In this document: in pieces, positions 37,910-47,509 of the stretch
Layout of the letters: each line of letters begins with the position of its first letter
Numbering within the stretch: position 1 is the first letter of the stretch
From: Patescibacteria group bacterium
GTDB lineage: Bacteria; Patescibacteriota; Microgenomatia; Daviesbacterales; UBA10151
Assembly: GCA_023379125.1 (NCBI GenBank)
Contig: JAMCSY010000025.1
Span: 252 to 64,251, forward strand
Length of the DNA: 64,000 nucleotides
Direction of reading: 5' to 3'
Notes under the pieces: generated by a model
What the model was told of the DNA's origin: nothing
Databases searched by the model: none
What the model saw: only the letters and a program-made list of their open reading frames with translations
Position numbers and translations under genes: made by a program

Positions 37910-39304
37910 TTGCTTCAGGGAACTACTTTGTTTAAACTAAAAAATGTGAATGATGTTGACCTTACTCTAAGTCAGAAACATTTGGTTTTAGTTTTTGCTT
38001 ATGCTCCCACAGGATTAGGCCATCTACGAGTTACAGAAGCGCTCTATCGAGGTTTAGCACCTGAAGTGAACTCAATATTACTTCGAGCACAAGATTCTCA
38101 AGGTGAGTTTTGGCATTATGTGACCAGTATCATGCCTGGTGGACCTGCTTTTTTAGAATGGTCGCAAAAAGGGTTGCCAGAACTTCTTTTTACAAAAGTC
38201 TATCGCTTTCTACTTCGTTCTCAAACTAAGACTTTATATCAGCAAATGTCTACTATTCTTGATGAAAGGATTGAGTTACCAAAAACTGTTTTGGTGGTAG
38301 CTACTCATTTTGGTTTGGCTCACCAACTGGCTCAGATAAAGGAAGCGCTAGAACTAGATAAATGGGTAAAAATTATTTTAGTTGTTCAGGTAACTGATGA
38401 TACGGATCAACATATCTGGTATGTACCTGGAGCAGATATGATTTTTGTTCCGAGTGAAAAAACTAAAAAAGCTTTGGAAAGTTATGGAAAAATACACAAT
38501 CTACCACCAGTCCGTTTTGAAGTTTTACCTTATCCAATTACGCCTGCTTTAGCGGAAAAGTTAACAGCAGAACAAATGCAAAACAAACTCGCTCAATTAG
38601 ATAAAGATAGTAAAAGTATGATTGAAACAGCAATTCCTATTTCCGGGGCAGCAGTAGGAATGGATTTTTCTTTAATCTTGATGGATGAGTTACATAAATT
38701 ATCAGCCCGTTTCCGTTTTTGTATTATTTCTCGTTATGCTTCCTACACACAGCCGTTTTTGGCAAAATTAACGGAAAGACAGTTCGCTGAGTTAGAAGTA
38801 TCACCTTCAACTAGAGAGATAGTTGATAAATATGAAGATGTTTATGAGCGAAAGGTTATCTCTTTGGAAATGACCAAGCCGAGTGAGCAGGCATTTAAAG
38901 CTTTGTTTAATCCTAACCAAAGAGGAGGTTCAATTTTGCTTTTTGCTAAACCTGTCGGTAAACAAGAATATGATAATTTAGATTTTTTAAGAAGACATGG
39001 GTTAATTCCTCTAGAATCTGAACAAAAGGCTTTATGGCAGAAAGCAGCTAGAGGTTTGCCCTCAGATGGTTTAGGAGGGGAAGAGGTAGTGCAAAAAGCT
39101 GCACACTGGCGAGGTATCATCATACCTCATCAGCCAAAACACGCTGCACAATTTATATGGTGGTGCCTAAATGAAGGGTTATTTACTGCAATGGCTGGTT
39201 CATTTATTGAAGCAAGAGACTATAATCATACAGATGAGCTGGGTAGCGATGGTGTGCAGAAATTCTGGAAAAAAATTGCGCAGTTAGTAAAAGAGGTAGG
39301 TTAG
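37910..39304 (+). CDS. putative GT28-family glycosyltransferase (MGDG-synthase/MurG-like)
   Basis: N-terminal VLVFAYAPTGLGHLRVTEAL resembles the GT28 Gly-rich loop. Confidence 0.4.
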   Translation: MLQGTTLFKLKNVNDVDLTLSQKHLVLVFAYAPTGLGHLRVTEALYRGLAPEVNSILLRAQDSQGEFWHYVTSIMPGGPAFLEWSQKGLPELLFTKVYRFLLRSQTKTLYQQMSTILDERIELPKTVLVVATHFGLAHQLAQIKEALELDKWVKIILVVQVTDDTDQHIWYVPGADMIFVPSEKTKKALESYGKIHNLPPVRFEVLPYPITPALAEKLTAEQMQNKLAQLDKDSKSMIETAIPISGAAVGMDFSLILMDELHKLSARFRFCIISRYASYTQPFLAKLTERQFAELEVSPSTREIVDKYEDVYERKVISLEMTKPSEQAFKALFNPNQRGGSILLFAKPVGKQEYDNLDFLRRHGLIPLESEQKALWQKAARGLPSDGLGGEEVVQKAAHWRGIIIPHQPKHAAQFIWWCLNEGLFTAMAGSFIEARDYNHTDELGSDGVQKFWKKIAQLVKEVG

Positions 39305-39374
39305 GTTTTCCTTAGTTCCTTGACAAAACGTCCTATTTATATTAGCATTTAGATGCTTATCTAATTATCTAATT

Positions 39375-39644
39375 ATGGATATGGTGTTTAAAGCTTTATC
39401 AGATAATACTAGGAGAAAAATATTAGAAGTGCTCAGGAAAAAAGATATGACAGTTGGTGAAATTGCTCAGTATTTTGATATCTCTGGAGCAACACTTTCA
39501 CACCATCTGGATATCCTGAAAAGAGCTAATTTAGTAATTTCAGAACGTAAGGGGCAGTTTATCTGGTATTCTCTAAATATGTCAGTACTAGAAGATGCTT
39601 TACAAAAAATATTTAATACTTTTAACAGAAAGCAGAAAAAATGA
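39375..39644 (+). CDS. ArsR/SmtB-family transcriptional regulator
   Basis: wHTH LSDNTRRKILEVL ... VGEIAQ ... SHHLDILKRANLV. Confidence 0.85.
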   Translation: MDMVFKALSDNTRRKILEVLRKKDMTVGEIAQYFDISGATLSHHLDILKRANLVISERKGQFIWYSLNMSVLEDALQKIFNTFNRKQKK

Positions 39645-40420
39645 ACAAACTTAACTTAGGATTAATTGGGCTTATGATTGCGGGGGCGATATTGCTTTAT
39701 CCGGAACTGCCCAGTATTTTACCAGTACATTGGGGTATTAATGGGCAAGCTGATGGTTTTTTGCCCAAAACTTATGCCGTCTGGTTATTGCCAGGATTAG
39801 CTTTGCTGGTATTTGGCCTATTTAAAATTCTGCCCTCGCTTGATCCAAAGCGTGATAAATATGCATTTTTTAAAAGAGAGTGGCAAATTATGCAAATTGC
39901 CATCATTGCTTTTTTTGCCTATATGGAATTTGTTACTTTTTATTTAGCCTTAAATCCTACGATGCAAATTCAGCATTTTATTTTTATTGGCTTAGGTTTG
40001 CTTTTTATTTTAATTGGTAATTTTTTGGCTAAAGTTAGACAAAATTACTTTATTGGGGTCAAGCTGCCTTGGACTTTGGCCAGTGAAGATAATTGGAATA
40101 AGACACATCGTTTTGCTGGTTGGTGTTTTGTGGTTGCTGGAATAATTACTGTGATTGAAGGGATAGTTATTTGGTTTGCCCCAGGAATAATTTTTGCCAG
40201 TATTATTTTAGCTGCACTCTTGCCAATCATTTACTCATTTTTATTGTTTAAAAATATGGTTGAAAAGATGAAAGTAGTCTATTTGGCACTTGGAATAATA
40301 ATATTTGCTCTAATTTTTATTAGGCTTGTTAGTGGTGAGGATAACTGGGTTTGTCAGAATGGTCAGTGGGTGAAACATGGTAATCCAAGTACGCAAATGC
40401 CTCTGAGTACTTGTCCTTAA
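39641..40420 (+). CDS. SdpI/YhfL-like membrane protein (DUF1648 + SdpI)
   Basis: LPVHWGINGQADGF N-terminal motif, 6 TM; translationally coupled to the ArsR gene. Confidence 0.6.
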   Translation: MNKLNLGLIGLMIAGAILLYPELPSILPVHWGINGQADGFLPKTYAVWLLPGLALLVFGLFKILPSLDPKRDKYAFFKREWQIMQIAIIAFFAYMEFVTFYLALNPTMQIQHFIFIGLGLLFILIGNFLAKVRQNYFIGVKLPWTLASEDNWNKTHRFAGWCFVVAGIITVIEGIVIWFAPGIIFASIILAALLPIIYSFLLFKNMVEKMKVVYLALGIIIFALIFIRLVSGEDNWVCQNGQWVKHGNPSTQMPLSTCP

Positions 40421-40452
40421 AAGGGATCTATATCTGGTATACTGGCTTTAAT

Positions 40453-41973
40453 ATGTTAGCCAAAGTTATATCTGGTGTAAATCAGGGACTAGAGGCAATT
40501 CCGATTACTGTGGAAGTAGATATTGCTGCACAAGGTTTGCCCTCACTGACAATCGTAGGATTGGCTGATCGGGCTGTAGAGGAATCAAAAGAAAGAGTCA
40601 GATCAGCTATTAAAAACAGCGGCGCTGATTTTCCACCGCGCCGGATCACGATTAATCTAGCACCAGCAGATTTGCCCAAAGAAGGTCCTTCATTTGATCT
40701 GCCAATTGCCCTGGGAGTCTTAATGGCTTCCGGTCAAATTGAGAAGAAAATAAGCGATATTTTAGTTGTGGGGGAATTATCTCTGGATGGGAGTTTGAGT
40801 CCCACGCATGGAATTTTATCCTTTGCATTGCTTGCTAAAAAGATTGGTTTAGCAGCAATTTTTGTACCCAAAGCAAATGCTGAAGAAGCTGCAGTTGTTG
40901 ATGGACTAGAGGTTTATGCCTTTGAGAGTTTAGAGCAAGTGGTCAAGCATATTAATGGTTTAGTTACTATCAGTCCTCAGCCAACAACTGATGTATTTGT
41001 CGAGATGGAACAATCTTATGAATATGATTTTAAAGATATCAAAGGTCAGCAACAGGCCAAACGTGCTTTAGAAATCGCGGCAGCAGGGGGACATAATGTC
41101 TTACTCAAAGGTCCACCTGGAGCGGGTAAAACACTTCTTGCCAGATCTTTTCCCTCGATTCTGCCACAAATGACCAAAGAAGAAGCTTTAGAGGTGACAA
41201 AGTTATACTCAGTCTCTGGTAATCTTTCTCAACAAACTCCAATTATGAGAAAAAGGCCGTTTCGCTCTCCTCATCACACTGCTTCTTATGTAGGGATAGT
41301 AGGTGGAGGTAATACTATTCGGCCAGGAGAAATATCCTTAGCTCACCGTGGGGTACTTTTCTTGGATGAACTCCCTGAATTTCCTCGGCAAGTGTTAGAG
41401 GCTTTAAGACAACCTTTGGAAGATAAAGTAGTCACAATTTCCCGAGCTGTAGGATCACTCACTTTTCCTTCACAGTTTATCTTACTTGCTGCTTATAATC
41501 CTTGCCCATGTGGTTTTTTAGGTAGCCCTAATAAAAGGTGTGTATGTTTACCAGGACAGATCGCGCGATACAAAAAGAAAATCTCTGGACCTTTGATAGA
41601 TAGAATTGATATTCATCTAGAAGTTCCCCCAGTAGAAATAGAAAAATTGACCAACCAAGAAGAAGGGGAAAGCTCTCTAGCTATTAGGAAAAGAGTTGAA
41701 AAAGCTCGCCAAACTCAATTACAGCGTTTTGCTGGCAAGGGAATTTTAACTAATTCGGAAATGAATAATCAGCTTATTAAACAGTTTGTACAGCTAGATG
41801 AAGAAGCTTTAAATTTATTAAAACTAGCTGTTTCCAGGATGAATTTATCTGCCAGAAGTTACCACCGAATATTAAAGCTAGCGCGAACAATTGCTGATTT
41901 GGCAGATTCCAAACAGGTTCTCTCTGATCATATAGCCGAGAGCCTAACGTATCGTCCCCATGATGAAGTCTAA
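40453..41973 (+). CDS. comM: Mg-chelatase-like AAA+ ATPase YifB/ComM
   Basis: ChlI-like N-terminal domain, Walker A GPPGAGKT, Walker B VLFLDELPEF, C-terminal domain; start adjusted from TTG 40411 to ATG 40453. Confidence 0.9.
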   Translation: MLAKVISGVNQGLEAIPITVEVDIAAQGLPSLTIVGLADRAVEESKERVRSAIKNSGADFPPRRITINLAPADLPKEGPSFDLPIALGVLMASGQIEKKISDILVVGELSLDGSLSPTHGILSFALLAKKIGLAAIFVPKANAEEAAVVDGLEVYAFESLEQVVKHINGLVTISPQPTTDVFVEMEQSYEYDFKDIKGQQQAKRALEIAAAGGHNVLLKGPPGAGKTLLARSFPSILPQMTKEEALEVTKLYSVSGNLSQQTPIMRKRPFRSPHHTASYVGIVGGGNTIRPGEISLAHRGVLFLDELPEFPRQVLEALRQPLEDKVVTISRAVGSLTFPSQFILLAAYNPCPCGFLGSPNKRCVCLPGQIARYKKKISGPLIDRIDIHLEVPPVEIEKLTNQEEGESSLAIRKRVEKARQTQLQRFAGKGILTNSEMNNQLIKQFVQLDEEALNLLKLAVSRMNLSARSYHRILKLARTIADLADSKQVLSDHIAESLTYRPHDEV

Positions 41974-42023
41974 CGAGAAAACAAAAGACTCCCCCAAAGG
42001 AGAGCCTTTTGTAAACGGTGAAA

Positions 42024-42047
42024 ATCTGTCTTTTTTCAAAAACAGAT
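42024..42047. terminator. hairpin terminator between convergent genes (serves the minus-strand small gene)
   Basis: ATCTGTcTTTTTTCAAAAAaCAGAT, 10-bp stem with one mismatch, flanked by A4 (T4 on the minus strand). Confidence 0.5.
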
Positions 42048-42062
42048 CCTAGGTTGTTTAAA

Positions 42063-42206
42063 TTAGACTTGAGCGCCAATTTTAAACATTCCAGTTCCGC
42101 AAACAGAGCATGTGCCCTTAACCGCCTTTTTTCCATTTTTCATGGTGGTGTTTTGGGCGTTATTAGCTTCTCTCATCGCACGACATTTTACACAATACAT
42201 CTGCAT
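42063..42206 (-). CDS. small double-CxxC zinc-ribbon protein (47 aa); missed by the ORF track because it is under 60 aa
   Basis: Hand translation MQMYCVKCRAMREANNAQNTTMKNGKKAVKGTCSVCGTGMFKIGAQV; strong RBS GAGGAGGTGA 8 nt upstream. Confidence 0.65.
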   Translation of the reverse strand: MQMYCVKCRAMREANNAQNTTMKNGKKAVKGTCSVCGTGMFKIGAQV

Positions 42207-42238
42207 AGATTTTCTCACCTCCTCTCAAAAAGATCTTC

Positions 42239-42532
42239 TTATAAAGTAAATAAACCACGACTAGACAATAAAAAAATTGCCATCTGTAAAATAATAGCTC
42301 CGGCTGTTAAAAACGCGATTTTGGTCATATCTTCTTTAAGATAAGCTAGTTCATGTTTATCGGCTGTTTGAGCTGAAGGCGATAAGAAAGAAGCTGGGTT
42401 ATTTGTCTGCTTGGTTGGATCAGCAGAGTTGGAATAATGGTGTAGCTTGGTTTGTTTGCCGTAGAGTTGGTCATTTATAAGCTGTAGCCTTTTTTCTAAA
42501 TCAGTGTTTTTTTTGCTCTGGGAATAGGCCAT
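42239..42532 (-). CDS. hypothetical small protein with C-terminal TM helix
   Basis: ORF co-oriented with and 32 nt upstream of the Zn-ribbon gene; C-terminal hydrophobic segment. Confidence 0.4.
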   Translation of the reverse strand: MAYSQSKKNTDLEKRLQLINDQLYGKQTKLHHYSNSADPTKQTNNPASFLSPSAQTADKHELAYLKEDMTKIAFLTAGAIILQMAIFLLSSRGLFTL

Positions 42533-42908
42533 AATCAGTACTTTTATCAGCAGATTTTTACAAATCTCACTTGTAATTATTTACTAGGTAAGACTTGTCT
42601 GAGCTCACTTGAGCCTAGCATGAAAAAATATGCCTGTCAAGCCTAGCCAGAAAGTTTTATCTGTCTTGGCACAAACTCCTCTCGTCGATAAGAATGGTTG
42701 CTAACCCCCCCCCGTTTGGCAAATTTTACTTACCACAAAAAGGAGAGATTTTGTGGTCATTTACTTGCATTTCATGCTCATTGACAAAATAAACCCAGCG
42801 CGTGTATAGTTTAAAAGAGTAAGGAATGTATCCAGATAGAGAATTTTTTTGGCTTTTAAGCCAAGTAAGCTGGAAGAGATCCTCAACTATTCAGATTATC
42901 AAATTAAA

Positions 42909-44099
42909 ATGTTAAATCTTGGAAAACTTTTTAGTAGTTTAAGCTCTTTGCAAAGAAGTTTAGTGGTATCAATAATTGCTTTAGTGCTTTTCTTTACTTC
43001 TGCTGGTTTATCTTACTCTGTGTTTTCTAAGAACAGTCCACTCAGTAGTGCAACAGATAACTCACCTTTACCAGGGCCATCACAGGTGATCACTGAAGAT
43101 CCTTCCCAACCCAAAACCGAAAGCTGTCCTTTAAATGGGTCAATGCATACTAAGCAAGCTCGAGATAATTGGTCAACCAGATTACCTTTAGCTGTGATGA
43201 TAGAAAATCACCCTGATGCCAGACCTCAGTCTGGTTTATCATCAGCAGATATTGTCTATGAGGCAGTAGCTGAGGGTGGTATAACCCGTTTTATGGCAAT
43301 TTATCTATGTAACTTAGGTGAAGCGCAGGTAGGGCCAGTCCGCTCTGCAAGAACATATTTTATAGACTGGTTGTCAGAGTATGATGCTGTTTATGCTCAT
43401 GTGGGAGGTGCTAACACTCCTGGACCAGCTGATGCTTTAAGTCAAATTGTGAAGTATGATATTAAAGATTTGAATCAATTTAGTATCGGTTTTCCAACCT
43501 ATTGGCGTGATTATCAACGTTTGGGTAGAAATGTGGCCACAGAACACACAATGTATTCTACAACTGCCAAGTTATGGGATGTTGCTGCAAAGAAGGGTTA
43601 TGTAGCAGCAGATTCAGAGGGTAATAAATGGTCAGATACTTTTGTGCCTTGGAAGTTTAAAGACGATAATAAAAATACCCCAGCAGGTAGTGCGATAGCA
43701 GATAAGATTGATGTTACTTTTTGGCAAGGATACTCTGACTTTAACGTAACTTGGCAGTTTGATGGTACCTGTGATTGCTATAAAAGATTTAATGGTGGAG
43801 CACCACATATTGATCTAGACAATAACCAGCAGTTAACAGCTAAAAATGTAGTTGTCCAATTCGAAAAAGAATCTCGCGCCAACGATGGCTATGAAAATAA
43901 CGAACACTTGCTTTATAAAACAATCGGTTCAGGCAAAGCCTTAATTTTCCAAGATGGCAAAGTAATTGAAGGAACTTGGAATAAAGCTTCGCGCACTGAT
44001 CGCACTATTTATAAAGATAGCCAGGGTAAAGAAATTGCTTTTAATCGTGGGGTGATTTGGATCCAAACTGTCCCGGAGGGAGCCAAAGTCGATTACTAA
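42909..44099 (+). CDS. DUF3048 (YerB-like) membrane-anchored protein
   Basis: CPLNG ... RLPLAVMIENHPDARPQSGLSSADIVYEAVAEGGITRFMAIY matches the DUF3048 core; start adjusted from TTG 42849 to ATG 42909. Confidence 0.65.
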   Translation: MLNLGKLFSSLSSLQRSLVVSIIALVLFFTSAGLSYSVFSKNSPLSSATDNSPLPGPSQVITEDPSQPKTESCPLNGSMHTKQARDNWSTRLPLAVMIENHPDARPQSGLSSADIVYEAVAEGGITRFMAIYLCNLGEAQVGPVRSARTYFIDWLSEYDAVYAHVGGANTPGPADALSQIVKYDIKDLNQFSIGFPTYWRDYQRLGRNVATEHTMYSTTAKLWDVAAKKGYVAADSEGNKWSDTFVPWKFKDDNKNTPAGSAIADKIDVTFWQGYSDFNVTWQFDGTCDCYKRFNGGAPHIDLDNNQQLTAKNVVVQFEKESRANDGYENNEHLLYKTIGSGKALIFQDGKVIEGTWNKASRTDRTIYKDSQGKEIAFNRGVIWIQTVPEGAKVDY

Positions 44100-44189
44100 A
44101 CTGTGGTTTAACTTATCTGCCCGGAAAGGGGGGAGAAAGGGATTATAGTTTAAGGCCGGAATTTTCTAGCTAAAAAACTATAATAGAGT

Positions 44190-44774
44190 ATGGAAGAATT
44201 GTTTGTTTCGCGTGTCCGGGTCAAGCTTCTAACATTATTTTTAACTGCAACTGAACCATTACTTCATGTCCGTGAGATTGTACGTCGCACTAGTGAGGAA
44301 ATTAATGCCATTAGAAGAGAACTTCTTAGGATGGAAAAGTTTGGGATGGTCTCTTCCGAGTGGAGAGCTAATCGACGTTTGTATCATTTTCGCAAGGACT
44401 ATATCTTCTACCCGCAAATTTTAGGGATGGTCGCTAAAACAACTGGTTTGGGTGGAGAAATTGTTGAAAAGAAAAATAGTTTAGGCAAAATTAAATACGC
44501 AATGGTTTCTACTAGACTGATTAAAAAAATTCCTTCAGGTCCAGAAGATGTTGACTTGTTAATCGTTGGCCAGATTGTTATGCCACAATTACAAGCGATT
44601 GTAGCTAATGAACAAGCTAAACGTGGTCAAGAGATCAATTATTCTTTTATGGATGAAGCAGAATTTAAATTCAGGGTGCGCCGTCGAGATCCATTCATTC
44701 TCAAGGTGCTCACACAGGCCAAGATTATGTTGATTGGGGATGAGGATGAAATGTTGTCGGGGATTGTGATATAA
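44190..44774 (+). CDS. winged-HTH + minimal nucleotidyltransferase fusion protein
   Basis: N-terminal wHTH (LHVREIVRRTSEEINAIRRELLRMEKFGMV); C-terminal G..S-x12-DVDLLIVG resembles the Pol-beta NTase GS...DxD. Confidence 0.4.
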   Translation: MEELFVSRVRVKLLTLFLTATEPLLHVREIVRRTSEEINAIRRELLRMEKFGMVSSEWRANRRLYHFRKDYIFYPQILGMVAKTTGLGGEIVEKKNSLGKIKYAMVSTRLIKKIPSGPEDVDLLIVGQIVMPQLQAIVANEQAKRGQEINYSFMDEAEFKFRVRRRDPFILKVLTQAKIMLIGDEDEMLSGIVI

Positions 44775-44906
44775 CTTCCACCTGCATCCTAGATGGATAT
44801 TTAGAAGGAAACCTTTTAAGTTGAAGTTCGTAAGGTTTTTATGCTTTACATATTAAGCTGATTAGCTTTATATGTTGAGTGATTGAAGGTAAAGTATAAT
44901 CTGTAT

Positions 44907-46268
44907 ATGCGTCCAAAAATAAATTTGTGGTTAATTATCTTACTGACCTTGCTGGCGATATGGGTCAATTTGCCAGCGATCAATCTACTGCCAACCAGCG
45001 TTGATCTTTTTGGTAAAAAAATTAACCTAAATGTGGCTGATCAATATCTTGATCCGGTGGTACAAAAAATCAGTGATAAGTTTCCGATTAAGCTAGGTTT
45101 GGATTTGCAAGGGGGGACTGAGCTAACCTTGCAAACCAATATGGATAAGATTGCTCCTGCTGATCGCGATACTGCTTTAGAGGCAGCTCGTCAGGTTATT
45201 GAAAATAGAGTGAATCTCTATGGTGTATCAGAAGCAGTGGTACAATCTTCCAAACTTGGTGATCAAAGAAGAATCTTGGTTGAGTTACCTGGGGTTAAAG
45301 ATGCCTCAGTTGCTGCAAATTTGGTGGGTAAAACTGCGCAACTAGACTTTCGAGAAATTCCAGCCTCGGCTGAAGCTGAGGCAAGTAAATCTGGGATACC
45401 GGCGGTTTATTTTGCCCAACCAACCGGTTTAACCGGAGCTGATTTAAAAAAAGCCAGTGTTTCTTTTAATGGTACAAATAAAAACGGTACTCCCGTAATT
45501 GAAATTCAGTTTACTGATCAAGGGGCGCAGAAATTTGCTGAAATTACCAAACGCAATATTGGTAGACCTTTGGTGATATTTCTTGATGACCAACCTATCT
45601 CAGCTCCCACTGTGAGCCAAGAAATTATTGGTGGTAATGCTGTGATTGAAGGTAATTTTACTCTCCAAGAGGCTAAAGACTTAAGCATTCAGTTAAACGC
45701 GGGAGCATTACCTGTGCCAATTGAAATTATCCAGCAAAGAACAATAGGAGCAACATTAGGGAACTCTTCTGTGCAAAAAAGTTTAATTGCCGGAATTATT
45801 GGAATTACGACGGTAATTTTATATATGCTAATTTATTATCAGGTTTACGGTTTATTAGCAGATTGTGCTTTGCTGATTTATACTTTGGTGGTTTTGGCTG
45901 TTTTTAGAGTGGCTGGTTTTACCTTGACTTTGGCAGGAATTGCTGGATTTATCCTATCTATCGGTATGGCAGTTGACGCTAATGTGCTAACTTTTGAACG
46001 TATGAAAGAAGAATTAAGATCAGGTAAAGTGGGTAGTCTTGCCTTAGAAGCAGGTTTTAATCGGGCTTGGACTTCAATCAGAGATTCAAATATTTCCTCG
46101 ATTATTACGGCCACAATTTTATATATATTTGGCACGAGTGTAGTTAAGGGTTTTGCCTTAACCCTAATTGTAGGAGTGTTAGTCTCAATGTTTTCCGCGA
46201 TCTTTGTGACCAGAACGTTACTCAGATTATTGCCGCGGTTTAGTAGGACTCAGATTCACAAGAAATAG
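44907..46268 (+). CDS. secD: protein translocase subunit SecD
   Basis: N-terminal TM, periplasmic domain, 5 C-terminal TM; start adjusted from TTG 44883 to ATG 44907. Confidence 0.9.
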   Translation: MRPKINLWLIILLTLLAIWVNLPAINLLPTSVDLFGKKINLNVADQYLDPVVQKISDKFPIKLGLDLQGGTELTLQTNMDKIAPADRDTALEAARQVIENRVNLYGVSEAVVQSSKLGDQRRILVELPGVKDASVAANLVGKTAQLDFREIPASAEAEASKSGIPAVYFAQPTGLTGADLKKASVSFNGTNKNGTPVIEIQFTDQGAQKFAEITKRNIGRPLVIFLDDQPISAPTVSQEIIGGNAVIEGNFTLQEAKDLSIQLNAGALPVPIEIIQQRTIGATLGNSSVQKSLIAGIIGITTVILYMLIYYQVYGLLADCALLIYTLVVLAVFRVAGFTLTLAGIAGFILSIGMAVDANVLTFERMKEELRSGKVGSLALEAGFNRAWTSIRDSNISSIITATILYIFGTSVVKGFALTLIVGVLVSMFSAIFVTRTLLRLLPRFSRTQIHKK

Positions 46269-46285
46269 TTAAAATTATTTAATAT

Positions 46286-47164
46286 ATGCAGTTTAAAACT
46301 ACAAATAAAAAGTACGAATACCTAAGAAAAAAATGGATTGCCAAACAAGCTCATTCTTCACAAAAATTAATTGAAAAACATGGTTCCCTGATCAGACATT
46401 TAACAATTGGTGGATTAGGTGGGTTGGTGATGTTGACTACTCCTGGCCTTAGTGCGGCCATGCCTGATCAACAAATTTATGATAGCGCCCAAAAAATTAC
46501 TAGCCTAGAAGACAAGAACATTGCTTTGGCCAAAACCTTACAAGGTATTATACCTGATCAAGTTGGGTCACTAAATAAAGTTCAAGAGGATAATATTGCC
46601 AAAACTTTATCTGAGGAATTTGATATGCCAGTCAGTGCTGAGATAAATGGAATTAGATTAAATCGCTCATATGGTTTAATTGGAGGAGAACAGCACCTCT
46701 ACCGCTATCCAGGTGATACTGTTTTTAACCAAATGGATACGACTGTTGATTGGGCAATGTATGGATCAGCTGGTATGGCTCCAGGTTTGGGGGCTTGGGG
46801 TTACTTTGCTCCATCTAAAGCCCAGTTGACAGCGGAAGATATCGCTCGGGAAAAGTACTATATTGCTGTACAAACATTTCTAGCACCCAGTTTTGCTGAA
46901 AATGTTGCTAACTATCGGGACTTTTTTAAATACCGCAAGATGTTAGTAGTCAACCCGCAGACAGGCCAAGCAGTTGTGGCTGATATTGCTGATGCTGGAC
47001 CAGCTGAATGGACAGGTAAGCAATTAGGTGGTTCACCAGAAGTCATGCAGGCCCTTGGCTTGGGGTCTGGTTCTCGGAAAGGAGCAGTGTTATATTTTTT
47101 TATTGATGACCCAAATGATCAAATTCCCTTAGGACCAATTAATGCTAAGGGGATAGAAAGTTAA
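46286..47164 (+). CDS. hypothetical membrane-anchored protein inserted between secD and secF
   Basis: N-terminal TM (HLTIGGLGGLVMLTTPGLSAAMP); no family recognised. Confidence 0.55.
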   Translation: MQFKTTNKKYEYLRKKWIAKQAHSSQKLIEKHGSLIRHLTIGGLGGLVMLTTPGLSAAMPDQQIYDSAQKITSLEDKNIALAKTLQGIIPDQVGSLNKVQEDNIAKTLSEEFDMPVSAEINGIRLNRSYGLIGGEQHLYRYPGDTVFNQMDTTVDWAMYGSAGMAPGLGAWGYFAPSKAQLTAEDIAREKYYIAVQTFLAPSFAENVANYRDFFKYRKMLVVNPQTGQAVVADIADAGPAEWTGKQLGGSPEVMQALGLGSGSRKGAVLYFFIDDPNDQIPLGPINAKGIES

Positions 47165-47167
47165 TTA

Positions 47168-47503
47168 ATGAGTTATTTTTATTCACATTTAGTAGAAATA
47201 GACAGTGTAGTAATAGAGTTGGATACTTTAAACTTATCTGAGGAACAGAAAAAGCACTTAGCACAGCTCTTTGATGAACTGATTTTTCAAGAAGTGCTGG
47301 ATTTAGTTTTATCTAAGCTTGCAGCAGTGGATAAAAAAGAATTTGTAGAAAAATTAGCAAAAGATAGATCTGATAAACAATTAATGGTGTTTGCCAAGTC
47401 CAAAATAGATAGTATTGAGGATGAGCTTATAGAAGCAGTAAAAAACCTAACTGAAGAATTATTAGCAGATATTCAACACTCAAAGAAAGGAGAGGAGAAT
47501 TAA
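47168..47503 (+). CDS. hypothetical acidic helical protein inserted between secD and secF
   Basis: Tightly packed ORF (3-nt gap upstream, 6-nt gap to secF); acidic coiled-coil-like composition. Confidence 0.5.
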   Translation: MSYFYSHLVEIDSVVIELDTLNLSEEQKKHLAQLFDELIFQEVLDLVLSKLAAVDKKEFVEKLAKDRSDKQLMVFAKSKIDSIEDELIEAVKNLTEELLADIQHSKKGEEN

Positions 47504-47509
47504 TATAAA

